A DNA stretch of 64,000 nucleotides. Origin: Candidatus Aminicenantes bacterium. GTDB taxonomy: Bacteria > Acidobacteriota > Aminicenantia > Aminicenantales > Aminicenantaceae. The stretch spans positions 1,707 through 65,706 of the forward strand of contig JADHWO010000005.1 of the NCBI GenBank assembly GCA_016783445.1, written 5' to 3'. Within the stretch, counting starts at the first letter, position 1. Each line of letters opens with the position of its first letter. The position numbers and the translations under genes are program-made. The notes under the pieces are model-generated. The model had not been told where the DNA came from. It did no database searches and saw only the letters and a list, made by a program, of their open reading frames with translations. Of this stretch, positions 20,348 to 30,380 are shown one piece after another.

Positions 20348-21216
20348 AGGAAGAAGATCATATCGAGGAAAAAAATCCGATCGAAACTTTGCTGAGAATG
20401 GACAGAATCCCCCACATCTGGTGCCCTGGCTGTGGAATTGGAATTGTAGTCACTTCTTTTGCTGAAGCTCTGCGCAAAAGCGAAATCGACCTGGATAAGG
20501 TTGCCGTTGTTTCCGGAATCGGGTGTACAGGAAGAGTAGCTGGATATATTAAGCTGGATTCTTTCCACACAACTCATGGACGAGCTGTTCCCTTTGCCAC
20601 TGGTTTAAAACTTGCAAATCCTGAATTAAAAGTTATTGTATTCAGCGGCGACGGAGACATTGCTGGCATCGGAGGTAACCACTTCATCCATGCAGCAAGA
20701 CGCAATATGGATATTATGGTCATCTGTGTTAATAACTTCAACTATGCCATGACAGGGGGCCAGGTTGCCGCAACAACACCAACAGGTGCCAATGCCTCCA
20801 CAGCCCCTTATGGCAATTTTGAATATCCTTTCAGCCTTCCTTATCTTGCTGAAGCCAGTGGAGCAACGTATGTCGCCCGCTGGACAGCTCTTCATCTCAG
20901 GAGGGTGACCAAATCCATCCAGGAGGCTCTCACTAAGAGAGGATTTTCTTTTATAGAAGTCATAACCCCCTGTGTAACTCTTTACGCACGCAGGAATCGT
21001 CTCGGGGATGGTCTGAACCTTTTGAAATATTATTATGAAAAATCCGAAATCCAGCATGGCGCAGACACCCGAACCCTTGATATCAGTTACCAGGGAAAAC
21101 TCATAGTAGGAAAGTTTGTCGATAAAGAAAAGCCAACTTTTCTCGACTGCATGAATGAACATCTCGCCAAAAAGTTAGGCGACAAATACCAACCATACGG
21201 AGTAAACAATGGCTGA
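20344..21216 (+). CDS. 2-oxoacid:ferredoxin oxidoreductase beta subunit (TPP-binding)
   Basis: WCPGCG, SGIGC, HTTHGRA, GDGD...NN. Confidence 0.92.
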   Translation: MKEEDHIEEKNPIETLLRMDRIPHIWCPGCGIGIVVTSFAEALRKSEIDLDKVAVVSGIGCTGRVAGYIKLDSFHTTHGRAVPFATGLKLANPELKVIVFSGDGDIAGIGGNHFIHAARRNMDIMVICVNNFNYAMTGGQVAATTPTGANASTAPYGNFEYPFSLPYLAEASGATYVARWTALHLRRVTKSIQEALTKRGFSFIEVITPCVTLYARRNRLGDGLNLLKYYYEKSEIQHGADTRTLDISYQGKLIVGKFVDKEKPTFLDCMNEHLAKKLGDKYQPYGVNNG

Positions 21217-21775
21217 GATTAGATTTTCTGGTTTTGGGGGTCAAGGGATTATCCGGTGTGGCCTTATCTCAGGCAAAGCCCTTGCCCTTTATGATAATAA
21301 ACATGCAACAATGACCCAGAGTTTTGGCCCTGAGGCCCGAGGGAGCGCCTGCAGCTCTCAACTCGTTGTTTCTGAAGACCGAGTCCTCTATCCTTACATC
21401 TCAATTCCGGAAATCCTCATTTCCATGTCACAGGAAGCCTATGACAAATACGAGCCGGAATTAAGAGACGATGGAATTTTAATCATTGACAAAGATCTTG
21501 TAAAGGCTAAACCTCCTCGGGGCAAAATCAAAACTTATGCCATCCCTTCCACAAGGTTTGCTGAAGAGTTAGGAAACCGTATCATTGCAAACCTGGTCAT
21601 GCTGGGATTCTTCTCAGCAATAACCAAAATTGCTTCCCCAGAGGCTATGAAAAAAGCACTCCCAGGTTTAGTCCCTGGAAGATTTCTTGAGCTCAACATC
21701 AAGGCTTTTGATAAAGGATATGAATACGGCAAAGAAATATTAAAAAAAGAGAAAAAAACAAAAAGCAAAAAATAA
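21209..21775 (+). CDS. 2-oxoacid:ferredoxin oxidoreductase gamma subunit
   Basis: IRFSGFGGQGII, SFGPEARG, NLVMLG. Confidence 0.92.
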   Translation: MAEIRFSGFGGQGIIRCGLISGKALALYDNKHATMTQSFGPEARGSACSSQLVVSEDRVLYPYISIPEILISMSQEAYDKYEPELRDDGILIIDKDLVKAKPPRGKIKTYAIPSTRFAEELGNRIIANLVMLGFFSAITKIASPEAMKKALPGLVPGRFLELNIKAFDKGYEYGKEILKKEKKTKSKK

Positions 21776-21788
21776 AAAGGTAAAAAAA

Positions 21789-23735
21789 ATGAAGCGAACC
21801 GGTGTTTTTATCTGTCACTGCGGTATAAACATCGCGGGGACAGTGGATGTGAAAAAAGTTGCCAAGGAGCTTTCTAATCACACAGGAGTCGTTCACTCAG
21901 AAGAATACATATACATGTGTTCTGACCCGGGTCAGAACCTTATTATAGAAGCCATAAAGGAAAATCAACTGGACAGCGTGGTCGTCGCCTGTTGTTCTCC
22001 GACTCTCCATGAAACAACTTTCAGAAACACCGTCAAGTCAGCCGGAATTAATCCGTTCCAGTGTGAGATCGCAAATATCCGGGAACAATGCAGCTGGGTT
22101 CATAAAGACATGGAAAAGGCAACAGAAAAAGCAATAAAACTTACAAAAAGTGCAGTAGAGAGAGTTCACAGAAATGAATCTCTGGATCCGATAAGCATCC
22201 CTGTCACCCGGAGAGCGCTGGTGGTTGGTGGAGGGATAGCAGGAATCCAGTCAGCTTTAGATTTAGCCAACAGCGGTTATGAAGTAATCCTAGTAGAAAG
22301 GTCTCCTTCAATTGGAGGCCATATGATCCAGCTTTCTGAAACCTTCCCTACCCTGGACTGTTCCCAGTGTATTCTGACACCAAAAATGGTTGAAGTCTCC
22401 AAACATCCTAAGATCAAACTTTTAACCTACAGCGAAATTCAAGATATTTCTGGATATGTTGGAAACTTTAAGGTCAAAATCCTTAAAAAACCCACTTATG
22501 TTGATCCGGATAAATGTACTCTCTGCGACGAATGCACCAAGGTCTGCCCTGTGGTTGTGCCTAACGAATTTGATCTGGGTTTAACTGGACGGCGCGCTGT
22601 CTACATGCCTTTCCCTCAAGCTATTCCTGCTACTTATACTCTGGACATAAAATCTTGCCCGGGCCTCCTGCCTATTGCCTGCGGCAAATGTGCGGATGTC
22701 TGTGAACCAGAAGCTATTGATTACGATATGAAACCAGAGATTGTCGAAGAAGAGGTCGGAGCGATCATTGTTGCCACTGGATTTGACCTTTATGACAAAG
22801 AATTAATGGCCGAATACGGGCATGGAAAATATGCGGATGTTCTGGATGGTCTTCAGTTTGAAAGGTTATGTTCTGCCTCAGGCCCAACAACGGGAAAAAT
22901 TCTCAGGCCTTCAGACCACAAAGAACCAAAAGAGGTTGTCTTTATACAATGTGTTGGCTCTCGTGATCCTGAACTTCACTGCGCTTATTGCTCAAAAATA
23001 TGCTGCATGTACACAGCCAAACACGCCATGCTCTACAAACATCATGTTCCTGACGGGCAGGCTTATATTTTCTATATTGATATCAGGTCTGGAGGAAAAG
23101 GCTACGAGGAATTTGTCCAGAGAGCTGTCGAAGAGGATGGTGCTCTTTATCTTCGAGGAAAGGTTTCAAAAATATTTGAAGACAAAGGCAAAATCAAAGT
23201 CTGGGGTGTTGATACACTCTCTGGAAAAGATATTGAGATTGATGCAGATATGGTCGTCCTGGCGACAGCAATGCGACCGTCTGAAGGAGCTGAAGAGCTT
23301 GCCAAAAAACTTAAAATCGCTTTGGATAAAGACGGTTTTCTCTCAGAAGCCCATCCAAAACTCAGGCCTGTTGAGAGCGTTACTCCCGGGATGTTCCTTG
23401 CAGGAGCCGCTCAAGCCCCAAAAGACATTCCAGAAGCCGTAGCTCAAGCAAGCGGTGCTGCTGCTAAAGCCATTGCCATTTTATCCCAGGAAAGACTTTT
23501 CCATGCTCCTACAGTAGCCAAGGTTAATGTTAATCTCTGTACAGGCTGCGGAATGTGCGTTCATGTCTGTCCATATGATTCTCTCTCCCTTAAGGATGGT
23601 AAAGCAGAAGTGAACGAAGTCCTCTGTGAAGGATGCGGAACATGCTCTGCAACCTGCTTAAGGGCAGCCATAGAGGTAAAAAATCTTACTCCTTTACAGG
23701 TTAATGAAATGATAGGAGCGTCCCTCGGAGGCTGA
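21789..23735 (+). CDS. hdrA: Heterodisulfide reductase subunit A (FAD/Fe-S)
   Basis: GVFICHCGINI, NIREQCSWVH, GGGIAG, TFPTLDC, IQCVGSRD, YCSKICCMY, HPKLRPV, C-terminal ferredoxin. Confidence 0.95.
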   Translation: MKRTGVFICHCGINIAGTVDVKKVAKELSNHTGVVHSEEYIYMCSDPGQNLIIEAIKENQLDSVVVACCSPTLHETTFRNTVKSAGINPFQCEIANIREQCSWVHKDMEKATEKAIKLTKSAVERVHRNESLDPISIPVTRRALVVGGGIAGIQSALDLANSGYEVILVERSPSIGGHMIQLSETFPTLDCSQCILTPKMVEVSKHPKIKLLTYSEIQDISGYVGNFKVKILKKPTYVDPDKCTLCDECTKVCPVVVPNEFDLGLTGRRAVYMPFPQAIPATYTLDIKSCPGLLPIACGKCADVCEPEAIDYDMKPEIVEEEVGAIIVATGFDLYDKELMAEYGHGKYADVLDGLQFERLCSASGPTTGKILRPSDHKEPKEVVFIQCVGSRDPELHCAYCSKICCMYTAKHAMLYKHHVPDGQAYIFYIDIRSGGKGYEEFVQRAVEEDGALYLRGKVSKIFEDKGKIKVWGVDTLSGKDIEIDADMVVLATAMRPSEGAEELAKKLKIALDKDGFLSEAHPKLRPVESVTPGMFLAGAAQAPKDIPEAVAQASGAAAKAIAILSQERLFHAPTVAKVNVNLCTGCGMCVHVCPYDSLSLKDGKAEVNEVLCEGCGTCSATCLRAAIEVKNLTPLQVNEMIGASLGG

Positions 23736-23737
23736 AA

Positions 23738-24160
23738 ATGGCAGAAGAATTTGAGCCAAAAATAGTTGCGTTTCTTTGTAAATGGTGCTCCTCGGCAGGA
23801 AGCGACCTGGCCGGAGTTTCCCGGATGGAATATCCCTATAATGTCGTCCCGATCACTGTCATGTGCTCGGGGAGTATTTCCCCCCTTTACATTCTGTCTG
23901 CCTTCAGCAGAGGAGCTGATGGAGTTCTGGTCTCCGGATGCCATCCCGGTGACTGTCATTATATAAAAGGTAATTTTTATGCTCGCCGGAGAATTGCGCT
24001 AATAAACAAACTTTTGGATTTTATAGGTCTTGAACCCCAGCGCTTCCAGATGTCCTGGGTTTCTGCGGCTGAAGGGACAAAATACACAGAAATCATCAAA
24101 GATTTTGTCAAAGAACTCAAACCTCTTGGGCCTCAAACAAAATTGGGGAGAGACCTCTAA
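23738..24160 (+). CDS. MvhD/FlxD-like [2Fe-2S] subunit
   Basis: PKIVAFLCKWC, MCSG, GADGVLVSGCHPGDCHY, WVSAAEG. Confidence 0.9.
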   Translation: MAEEFEPKIVAFLCKWCSSAGSDLAGVSRMEYPYNVVPITVMCSGSISPLYILSAFSRGADGVLVSGCHPGDCHYIKGNFYARRRIALINKLLDFIGLEPQRFQMSWVSAAEGTKYTEIIKDFVKELKPLGPQTKLGRDL

Positions 24161-25191
24161 TGGTAAGCCTCGAAGACCTCAAAAAAGAAGCTAAACAAAT
24201 ATTAAAGGAAAATAAAGTCAAATACATCATCGGCTATAAAAAAAGCACCAACGGCCTGATGCCTGTCCCTGCCTTTATAAAAGAGCCTGAAGAAGTTGAG
24301 AAACTCGTCTGGGATCCAACATGCGTGTTTAACCTTACCCGTTATCTTGTTGATGAAAAAAGAAGGAAAACCAAGGAAAAGGAACCGGATGAAAGACCGG
24401 TGGGACTTGTGGTTAAAGGATGCGACAGCCGAGCCATTAATATATTGCTTCAGGAAAAATTCATAAACCGGGAGGATGTATACCTTCTAGGAGTTTCCTG
24501 TGAAAACACCGGAGTTCTTGACGAGAAAAAACTGACAAAAAAAATAAAAGGCGAAAAAGTTAAAAAAGTTGAATTTGACGAAAAGGATAATTTTATAATT
24601 ACCACTCAGGAAGGAAAAACCAAAATCCCTGCCAAAGAGATACTTGCAAACAGATGCCTTGAATGCAAGGCAAATTTTCCTGTTATTTATGATGTTCTTC
24701 TTGGAGAAAAAGCAAAACGGAGCATAGATAATCCTTTTGAATCTATAGAAAAAATTGAGTCCTTATCTACGGAAGAACGATGGACATTCTGGAAAAAGCA
24801 GCTCGATAAATGCATCCGCTGCTATGCCTGCCGCTCTGTATGCCCGATGTGCTACTGCGACGAATGCGTCGCAGATACAATAAGCTTTGCTGTAACTGCT
24901 GACACAACCGCAGAGGAAAAGGCACAAAAAATCAAATGGGTGGAAAAATCGCCTGTCTCTTCAGAAAATTTTATCTACCATATGGTTAGAGCCATTCATC
25001 TTGCTGGCCGCTGTATTGACTGCGGAGAATGCGAACGAGCCTGTCCTCTGGATATCCCTCTCCGGTTCTTGAATAGAAAATTAGAAAAAGAGGCCAAGGA
25101 ACTTTTTGGCTTTGAAGCTGGCTTTGACCCAGACCAACCTTCTTTAATTTCTTGCTTTAAAGATGAAGACCCGGAAGATTTTATCAGGTGA
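24160..25191 (+). CDS. FlxC-like (FdhB/FrhB-related) Fe-S protein
   Basis: KGCDSRA, CIRCYACRSVCPMCYC, HLAGRCIDCGECERACP. Confidence 0.75.
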   Translation: MVSLEDLKKEAKQILKENKVKYIIGYKKSTNGLMPVPAFIKEPEEVEKLVWDPTCVFNLTRYLVDEKRRKTKEKEPDERPVGLVVKGCDSRAINILLQEKFINREDVYLLGVSCENTGVLDEKKLTKKIKGEKVKKVEFDEKDNFIITTQEGKTKIPAKEILANRCLECKANFPVIYDVLLGEKAKRSIDNPFESIEKIESLSTEERWTFWKKQLDKCIRCYACRSVCPMCYCDECVADTISFAVTADTTAEEKAQKIKWVEKSPVSSENFIYHMVRAIHLAGRCIDCGECERACPLDIPLRFLNRKLEKEAKELFGFEAGFDPDQPSLISCFKDEDPEDFIR

Positions 25192-25195
25192 GACG

Positions 25196-26236
25196 ATGCA
25201 AAAGGTACTGACAAAAAAATCCCTCCCACAATGGGTGAAGAAGCTTTTGTCTTATACAATATATACTCCGGTTGAGGAAGACGATCACTGGAACTTTGTT
25301 GCCACCGATAATCCAGAGGATATAAACCTGGATTATCCCCTCACCACCCTCTCTCCAAAAAAAATTATCTTTCCCCAGAGAGAGATCTTTTTAGAATTTT
25401 GCGATTCAACCGAAGGAAACCCTGAAGTCAAAGAGGTTCTCCCTGCAGAAAAGTCAGCGGTTATCTTTGGTGTGAGACCGTGTGATGCAAAAGCTCTTAC
25501 TTTTACAGATAAAGTCTTTGGCGGCGATTTTAAAGATATCTACTACTGGAAAAGAAGAAATCAAACAACACTGGTTGGAATCTCTTGTAATACCCCTCCT
25601 TACACGAATTGCTTCTGTGTCTCCGTTAATGGCTCTCCATATTCCAAGGAGGGCCTGGATATTTTATTGACGGATTTGGGTGATAAATATTTTGTCGAAA
25701 CCTATACAAAAAAGGGAGAGAAGCTCCTCAATCTCGCAAAGGGCCTATTTAAGAGCCCAACAGCTAAGGACAAGAAGGATTTAGAAAAAATCCGGATAGA
25801 CTCCAAGAAAAAAATCAAACGGCAAATTAAAAACATAAAAAAAATTCCGCCCAAACTTAAAGAAATGTTCGATTCGCCATTCTGGGACGAAGAATCTATG
25901 AGCTGCCTGCGATGCGGTATTTGCACTTATCTCTGCCCAACATGTCATTGCTTTGATATAAATGACGAAATTACCTCTTCCTCTCCAATCAAAGGGAAAA
26001 GGATAAGGACATGGGATACCTGTCAGTTCCCAGATTTCACCATGCATTCTTCAGGGCACAATCCCAGGCCGGACAAAGCCTCCCGTTTGCGCCAGAGAAT
26101 CCTTCATAAATTTTTATATTTTGTCGACAGGTACCAGAATTATCAATGTACAGGCTGTGGAAGATGTATTTCGTTATGTCCGGTAGGCATAGATCTTTTA
26201 GAAGTTCTCGATAAGGTGAGAGATTATGGATCCTAA
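25196..26236 (+). CDS. FlxB/AsrA-like 4Fe-4S protein
   Basis: FGVRPCD, CFC, CLRCGICTYLCPTCHCFD, CTGCGRCISLCPVGI. Confidence 0.8.
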   Translation: MQKVLTKKSLPQWVKKLLSYTIYTPVEEDDHWNFVATDNPEDINLDYPLTTLSPKKIIFPQREIFLEFCDSTEGNPEVKEVLPAEKSAVIFGVRPCDAKALTFTDKVFGGDFKDIYYWKRRNQTTLVGISCNTPPYTNCFCVSVNGSPYSKEGLDILLTDLGDKYFVETYTKKGEKLLNLAKGLFKSPTAKDKKDLEKIRIDSKKKIKRQIKNIKKIPPKLKEMFDSPFWDEESMSCLRCGICTYLCPTCHCFDINDEITSSSPIKGKRIRTWDTCQFPDFTMHSSGHNPRPDKASRLRQRILHKFLYFVDRYQNYQCTGCGRCISLCPVGIDLLEVLDKVRDYGS

Positions 26237-27050
26237 TACATATATTCCAAAACTGGCCAAAATAACCCATATCAAGGAAGAAGTCGGCGGCGCCAGGCCC
26301 ATCAAAACATTTCGGACTCAATTTTTTGAGAATAATAATTTTTCATTTAAATGCGGACAGTGTGCTATGCTCTCTGTGTTTGGAAAAGGGGAATCGATGA
26401 TTTCTATCTCATCTACCCCGCTTATTAAAGACTACCTTCAATTCAGCATCTTAAAAATGGGAAGGGTTACATCGTCCCTCCACGAAAAACAAGTCGAGGA
26501 TATTATTGGAATCAGGGGACCTTACGGAAATGGTTTCCCTGTAGAGAAGTGGAAAAGAAAAAACCTTATCTTTATCGGCGGGGGGATTGGCTTAGCTCCA
26601 ATCTGGTCTGTCCTCAACACAGCGCTGGGTAAAAGAGAAGATTATGGAGACCTCACACTGATATACGGAGCCAGAACTTCTAAAGACCTGGTTTTCAAAG
26701 AAGAGCTGGAAGAACTTAGAAAAAAAATGACAGTCCATCTTTCCGTGGATGTTGAGGAGCCTGACTGGAAAGAATTCGTCGGGTTTGTTCCTCAGAATGT
26801 TCTGGATAAAAAGCCCTCTCCCAAAAATGCTATAGCTGTCACATGTGGTCCTCCTATCATGATCAAATTTGTCATTAAAGCTCTTGAAGACCTCGGATTT
26901 AAGGATGAACAGATTTATACTACTGTTGAGAACAAGATGAAATGCGGTGTCGGGAAATGCGGAAAATGTAACATAGGCATACACTATGTATGTCAAGATG
27001 GTCCTGTCTATTCATGGGCCGAACTAAAAAAACTGCCCCAGGAATATTAA
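26226..27050 (+). CDS. FlxA/AsrB-like FAD/NAD(P)-binding [2Fe-2S] oxidoreductase
   Basis: GIRGPYGNGF, GGGIGLAP, CGPPIM, KMKCGVGKCGKC...VCQDGPV. Confidence 0.85.
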   Translation: MDPNTYIPKLAKITHIKEEVGGARPIKTFRTQFFENNNFSFKCGQCAMLSVFGKGESMISISSTPLIKDYLQFSILKMGRVTSSLHEKQVEDIIGIRGPYGNGFPVEKWKRKNLIFIGGGIGLAPIWSVLNTALGKREDYGDLTLIYGARTSKDLVFKEELEELRKKMTVHLSVDVEEPDWKEFVGFVPQNVLDKKPSPKNAIAVTCGPPIMIKFVIKALEDLGFKDEQIYTTVENKMKCGVGKCGKCNIGIHYVCQDGPVYSWAELKKLPQEY

Positions 27051-27065
27051 TAAGGAGATATCTCG

Positions 27066-27794
27066 ATGGCAACAAAAAAACCAGCCAAAAAGAAGCCCGC
27101 AAAACAAACCAAAGCCAAAGCCACTGAAAAAACTGCAACTGTATTCATCATGGGAAAAGCCCATAAAGTGCCTGCTGATGCAACAATAATGGGCGCTATA
27201 GAGTATGCTGGCTATCAGATAAAAAGAGGCGCAGGATGCCGCGAAGGCTTCTGTGGAGCCTGTGCCACTGTGTATCGTCTGCCTGGTGATTACAAAATTT
27301 ATACCGGACTTGCCTGTACAACGCTCGTTGAAGAAGGGATGTGGCTTTCTCAGCTTCCTGCTATCCCTGACCAAAAACCTATTTACAACCTCAACAAGCT
27401 GGAGCCAAATGTCTCGACTTTTCAAAAGCTTTTTCCTGAACTTTTCCGGTGTGTTGCTTGCAACACCTGCACCAAGGCCTGCCCTCAAGATTTAGAGGTT
27501 ATGGACTATATCCAGGCTGCCATAAGAGGAGACATTGAAAAGGTCATGGACCTTTCTTTTGACTGCCTTAGCTGTGGTCTATGCGCCATCCGGTGCCCGG
27601 CAGAAATTGTTCAATACAACGTTGGACTACTCGCAAAAAGACTATACGGAAAATACCTGTCTAAGGAAAGTAAACAACTAAAAAAGAGGATAAAAGAGGT
27701 TAAAAGACATAAATACGATAAAGAATACAAAGAATTCAAAAAAATGAAAAAAGAAGAATTAAAAAAGAAATACTATGAAAGAGACCTCGAATAA
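27066..27794 (+). CDS. Fumarate reductase-type Fe-S subunit (TfrB/SdhB N-terminal-like)
   Basis: [2Fe-2S] motif GCREGFCGAC...LAC plus CVACNTCTKACP and CLSCGLCAIRCP; no CCG domain. Confidence 0.75.
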   Translation: MATKKPAKKKPAKQTKAKATEKTATVFIMGKAHKVPADATIMGAIEYAGYQIKRGAGCREGFCGACATVYRLPGDYKIYTGLACTTLVEEGMWLSQLPAIPDQKPIYNLNKLEPNVSTFQKLFPELFRCVACNTCTKACPQDLEVMDYIQAAIRGDIEKVMDLSFDCLSCGLCAIRCPAEIVQYNVGLLAKRLYGKYLSKESKQLKKRIKEVKRHKYDKEYKEFKKMKKEELKKKYYERDLE

Positions 27795-27862
27795 AAAAAG
27801 GATTAATCATAAAGAAACATGATAAATAAAAGTGTTGCTCGTAATATAATAAGGAGAGTCAG

Positions 27863-29530
27863 ATGTACCCAGAAAGTATGAGACCATCACTCGAAAAAGT
27901 TATTCAAACCCGGAATAAAAGGTTTGAGCTCGCTAAGTCAGGAAAACCTGTTTTCCCTCCCATGAGCGCAGAAGAAAGGGAGGAAGTTCTTAATGAATTT
28001 CATCCCGACTATAAGCCTGATTCAAGGCGCAAAATCCGTTTAGGTCCGAATAAAGGAGAAAACCTTACTACAGAAGTGACAGACATGCTGGAATCCCATT
28101 CAAGAATTAAACCTGAACTCTTCGATTTAACCCGTCCTGACTATGAGACAGACATCTTGATAATTGGTGGAGGCGGTGCAGGTTGTGCAGCAGCTATCAT
28201 TGCCATGGAAAATGGAGCAAAATCAATCATTTCCACTAAACTGCGCCTTGGTGATGCCAATTCCATGATGTCACAGGGAGGTATGCAGGCAGCCGTTCCT
28301 GAGAAAGACTCCCCTGCTTGTCACTATTTGGATGCTATTGGCGGGGGTCACTTTGACAATAAACCCGATCTTGTTCGTGCCCTCACTGAAGATGGCCCTG
28401 ATGTTGTCAAGTGGTTAGAAGACTTGGGTGTCGTCTGGGATAAACTGGAAGACGGCTCATTACAAGTCCTTCATGGAGGAGGGACATCAAGAAAAAGAAT
28501 GCATTCCTGCAGGGATTATACAGGTGCAATTATAATGCGGACGTTAATGGATAAAGTAAGAAATAATCCTGACAAAATCAGCATACTCGAATTTATGCCT
28601 ATAGTCGAACTCATCCTGGACAACAAGGGTCGATGTGCAGGAGGAGTCCTTTATAATCTTGAAACAGAAGAATATTTTACTGTTAAAGCCAGAGCAACAA
28701 TTATCGCTACAGGAGGATACGGGCGATTACACATAAGAGGATATGACACAACAAATCATTACGGTGCCACCGGCGACGGCCTCGTTATTGCCTATCGTGC
28801 CGGTGCAAAGCTCCTTTTTATGGATTCTGTTCAATATCATCCTACTGGTTCTGTCTTCCCTGAACAGATTGCAGGATTCCTGATTACTGAAAAGATAAGA
28901 GGAGCTGGCGGGCAGCCTCTCAATAAACAAGGAAAACTTTTTGTCTTTCCTCGTGAGCCAAGGGATGTTGAGAGTTCAGCCTTCATCAAAGAATGTCTTG
29001 AGAGACATAACGGCATCAAAACCCCCAGCGGCCGCCTTGGAGTTTGGCTTGATTCTCCCCTTATTGAAATGATTCAGGGAGAAGGCTACATCAACAAGCA
29101 ATTTCCTGCCATGCATCGCCAATTTATCCGCTACGGAATCGACATAACTAAAGAACCCATGCTTGTCTATCCTTCCCTTCACTACCAGAACGGCGGTGTA
29201 GAGATAAACGAAAAATGTGAAACCAACATTCCTGGACTGTATGTGGCTGGAGAAGCTTCAGGCGGAGTGCACGGTCGTAATCGGCTTATGGGAAATTCTG
29301 TTCTGGATTATAATGTTTTTGGACGTCGTGCCGGAATATATGCTGCTCAACATACCAAGTCTGCTAAGCTCGGAACATTAACATTAGAACATATCCGAAA
29401 TTTTGAGAATGAATTAAAAAAAGCAAGAGTTAAAACAGACCTCATTACACCTATCCTGCTGCCTTCATATACCCCAGAAGATGTTAGAAAGCGCCAAGTG
29501 ACTGCTCACTATGAAGGAACACTACGGTAG
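27863..29530 (+). CDS. Succinate dehydrogenase/fumarate reductase family flavoprotein (TfrA-like)
   Basis: IIGGGGAG, QYHPTG, LITEKIRGAGG, EPRD, LHYQNGG, HGRNRLMGNS. Confidence 0.85.
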   Translation: MYPESMRPSLEKVIQTRNKRFELAKSGKPVFPPMSAEEREEVLNEFHPDYKPDSRRKIRLGPNKGENLTTEVTDMLESHSRIKPELFDLTRPDYETDILIIGGGGAGCAAAIIAMENGAKSIISTKLRLGDANSMMSQGGMQAAVPEKDSPACHYLDAIGGGHFDNKPDLVRALTEDGPDVVKWLEDLGVVWDKLEDGSLQVLHGGGTSRKRMHSCRDYTGAIIMRTLMDKVRNNPDKISILEFMPIVELILDNKGRCAGGVLYNLETEEYFTVKARATIIATGGYGRLHIRGYDTTNHYGATGDGLVIAYRAGAKLLFMDSVQYHPTGSVFPEQIAGFLITEKIRGAGGQPLNKQGKLFVFPREPRDVESSAFIKECLERHNGIKTPSGRLGVWLDSPLIEMIQGEGYINKQFPAMHRQFIRYGIDITKEPMLVYPSLHYQNGGVEINEKCETNIPGLYVAGEASGGVHGRNRLMGNSVLDYNVFGRRAGIYAAQHTKSAKLGTLTLEHIRNFENELKKARVKTDLITPILLPSYTPEDVRKRQVTAHYEGTLR

Positions 29531-29607
29531 CCAGCACTTTTCCGAAACGCCCAGCCTGACCAATACTATTATCTACTTTCACCCATAAGAAATGCTTGCA
29601 TTTTCTT

Positions 29608-29635
29608 TTGACTTTTTGAACAAATTTGATATAGT
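29608..29635 (+). promoter_or_regulatory. Putative sigma70 promoter for the PilZ gene
   Basis: TTGACT-16 bp-TATAGT with extended TG. Confidence 0.45.
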
Positions 29636-29811
29636 GTAAACGCGATTTATATTAAGGGTGAGGGTGTTTTTCACTTCTGCTCATGGAAAGACAACATATT
29701 TTCTTAGAGGTACATTCACAAGAAACAGAAAATAAAGAGGGCGAGAATTTAAGCCTCATTTTCCCACAGCTCAATTTTAACGCTGTTGAGAAATTAAAAA
29801 GGAGGCCATGA

Positions 29812-30255
29812 ATGGAATATAAGGGGCAAGAAAGAAGAGAATGTAACCGGTTTAAGATTCCCGGCGCAGCAGTAAACTACTCGTTAAAAAAGAGTTCCTC
29901 CTCAACAAAAAAAGAGAACGAAGAAACGAATTGGGAAGAAGAATTTTGTCCTGTTCTAGACATGAGTTGCGGGGGACTCAGATTTCAGGCAAAAAAGCCT
30001 CTTGAAATTAATTCTGAGATGACAGTGAAAATATCCATTCCTGGCGAACACCTCCCTCTAACCCTTAATGGACAGGTTCGATGGCTGTCTTATGATAATG
30101 ATAAAAATATTTATCAAGTCGGGATCGGATTTAATCCTTATGGAGAAAAAGAAGGCCAGAATTATCCCGGTCTTATGGTAAAAATCCTTGCGTTAGAACA
30201 AAAATTTTCAACTCCAGGCAAATCTGATACTGAGAAATTTGAAATCGAAGGCTGA
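29812..30255 (+). CDS. PilZ-domain c-di-GMP-binding protein
   Basis: RxxxR (RRECNR) and DxSxxG (DMSCGG) motifs; strong SD AAGGAGG. Confidence 0.85.
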   Translation: MEYKGQERRECNRFKIPGAAVNYSLKKSSSSTKKENEETNWEEEFCPVLDMSCGGLRFQAKKPLEINSEMTVKISIPGEHLPLTLNGQVRWLSYDNDKNIYQVGIGFNPYGEKEGQNYPGLMVKILALEQKFSTPGKSDTEKFEIEG

Positions 30256-30380
30256 CAGTTAATCAGCAGTCCTGCCTAAGATCTTAAACACTAAGCTCGC
30301 AGATAAACTTCTTCAAACCAATACACTTTCGGGATTCTTTGCCTATTCGGCAGTGAAAGACAGACTATTATTGTGGATTA

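Noticed and set aside
17585-27050. Selenocysteine recoding in Hdr/Mvh subunits, or evidence of methanogenesis
   Set aside because: All Cys motifs are complete without in-frame TGA; no mcr or hydrogenase genes; the context is bacterial
29636-29811. c-di-GMP riboswitch in the leader of the PilZ gene
   Set aside because: No GEMM-like GCAAA/GNRA/receptor pattern recognisable by eye; an Rfam scan would settle it
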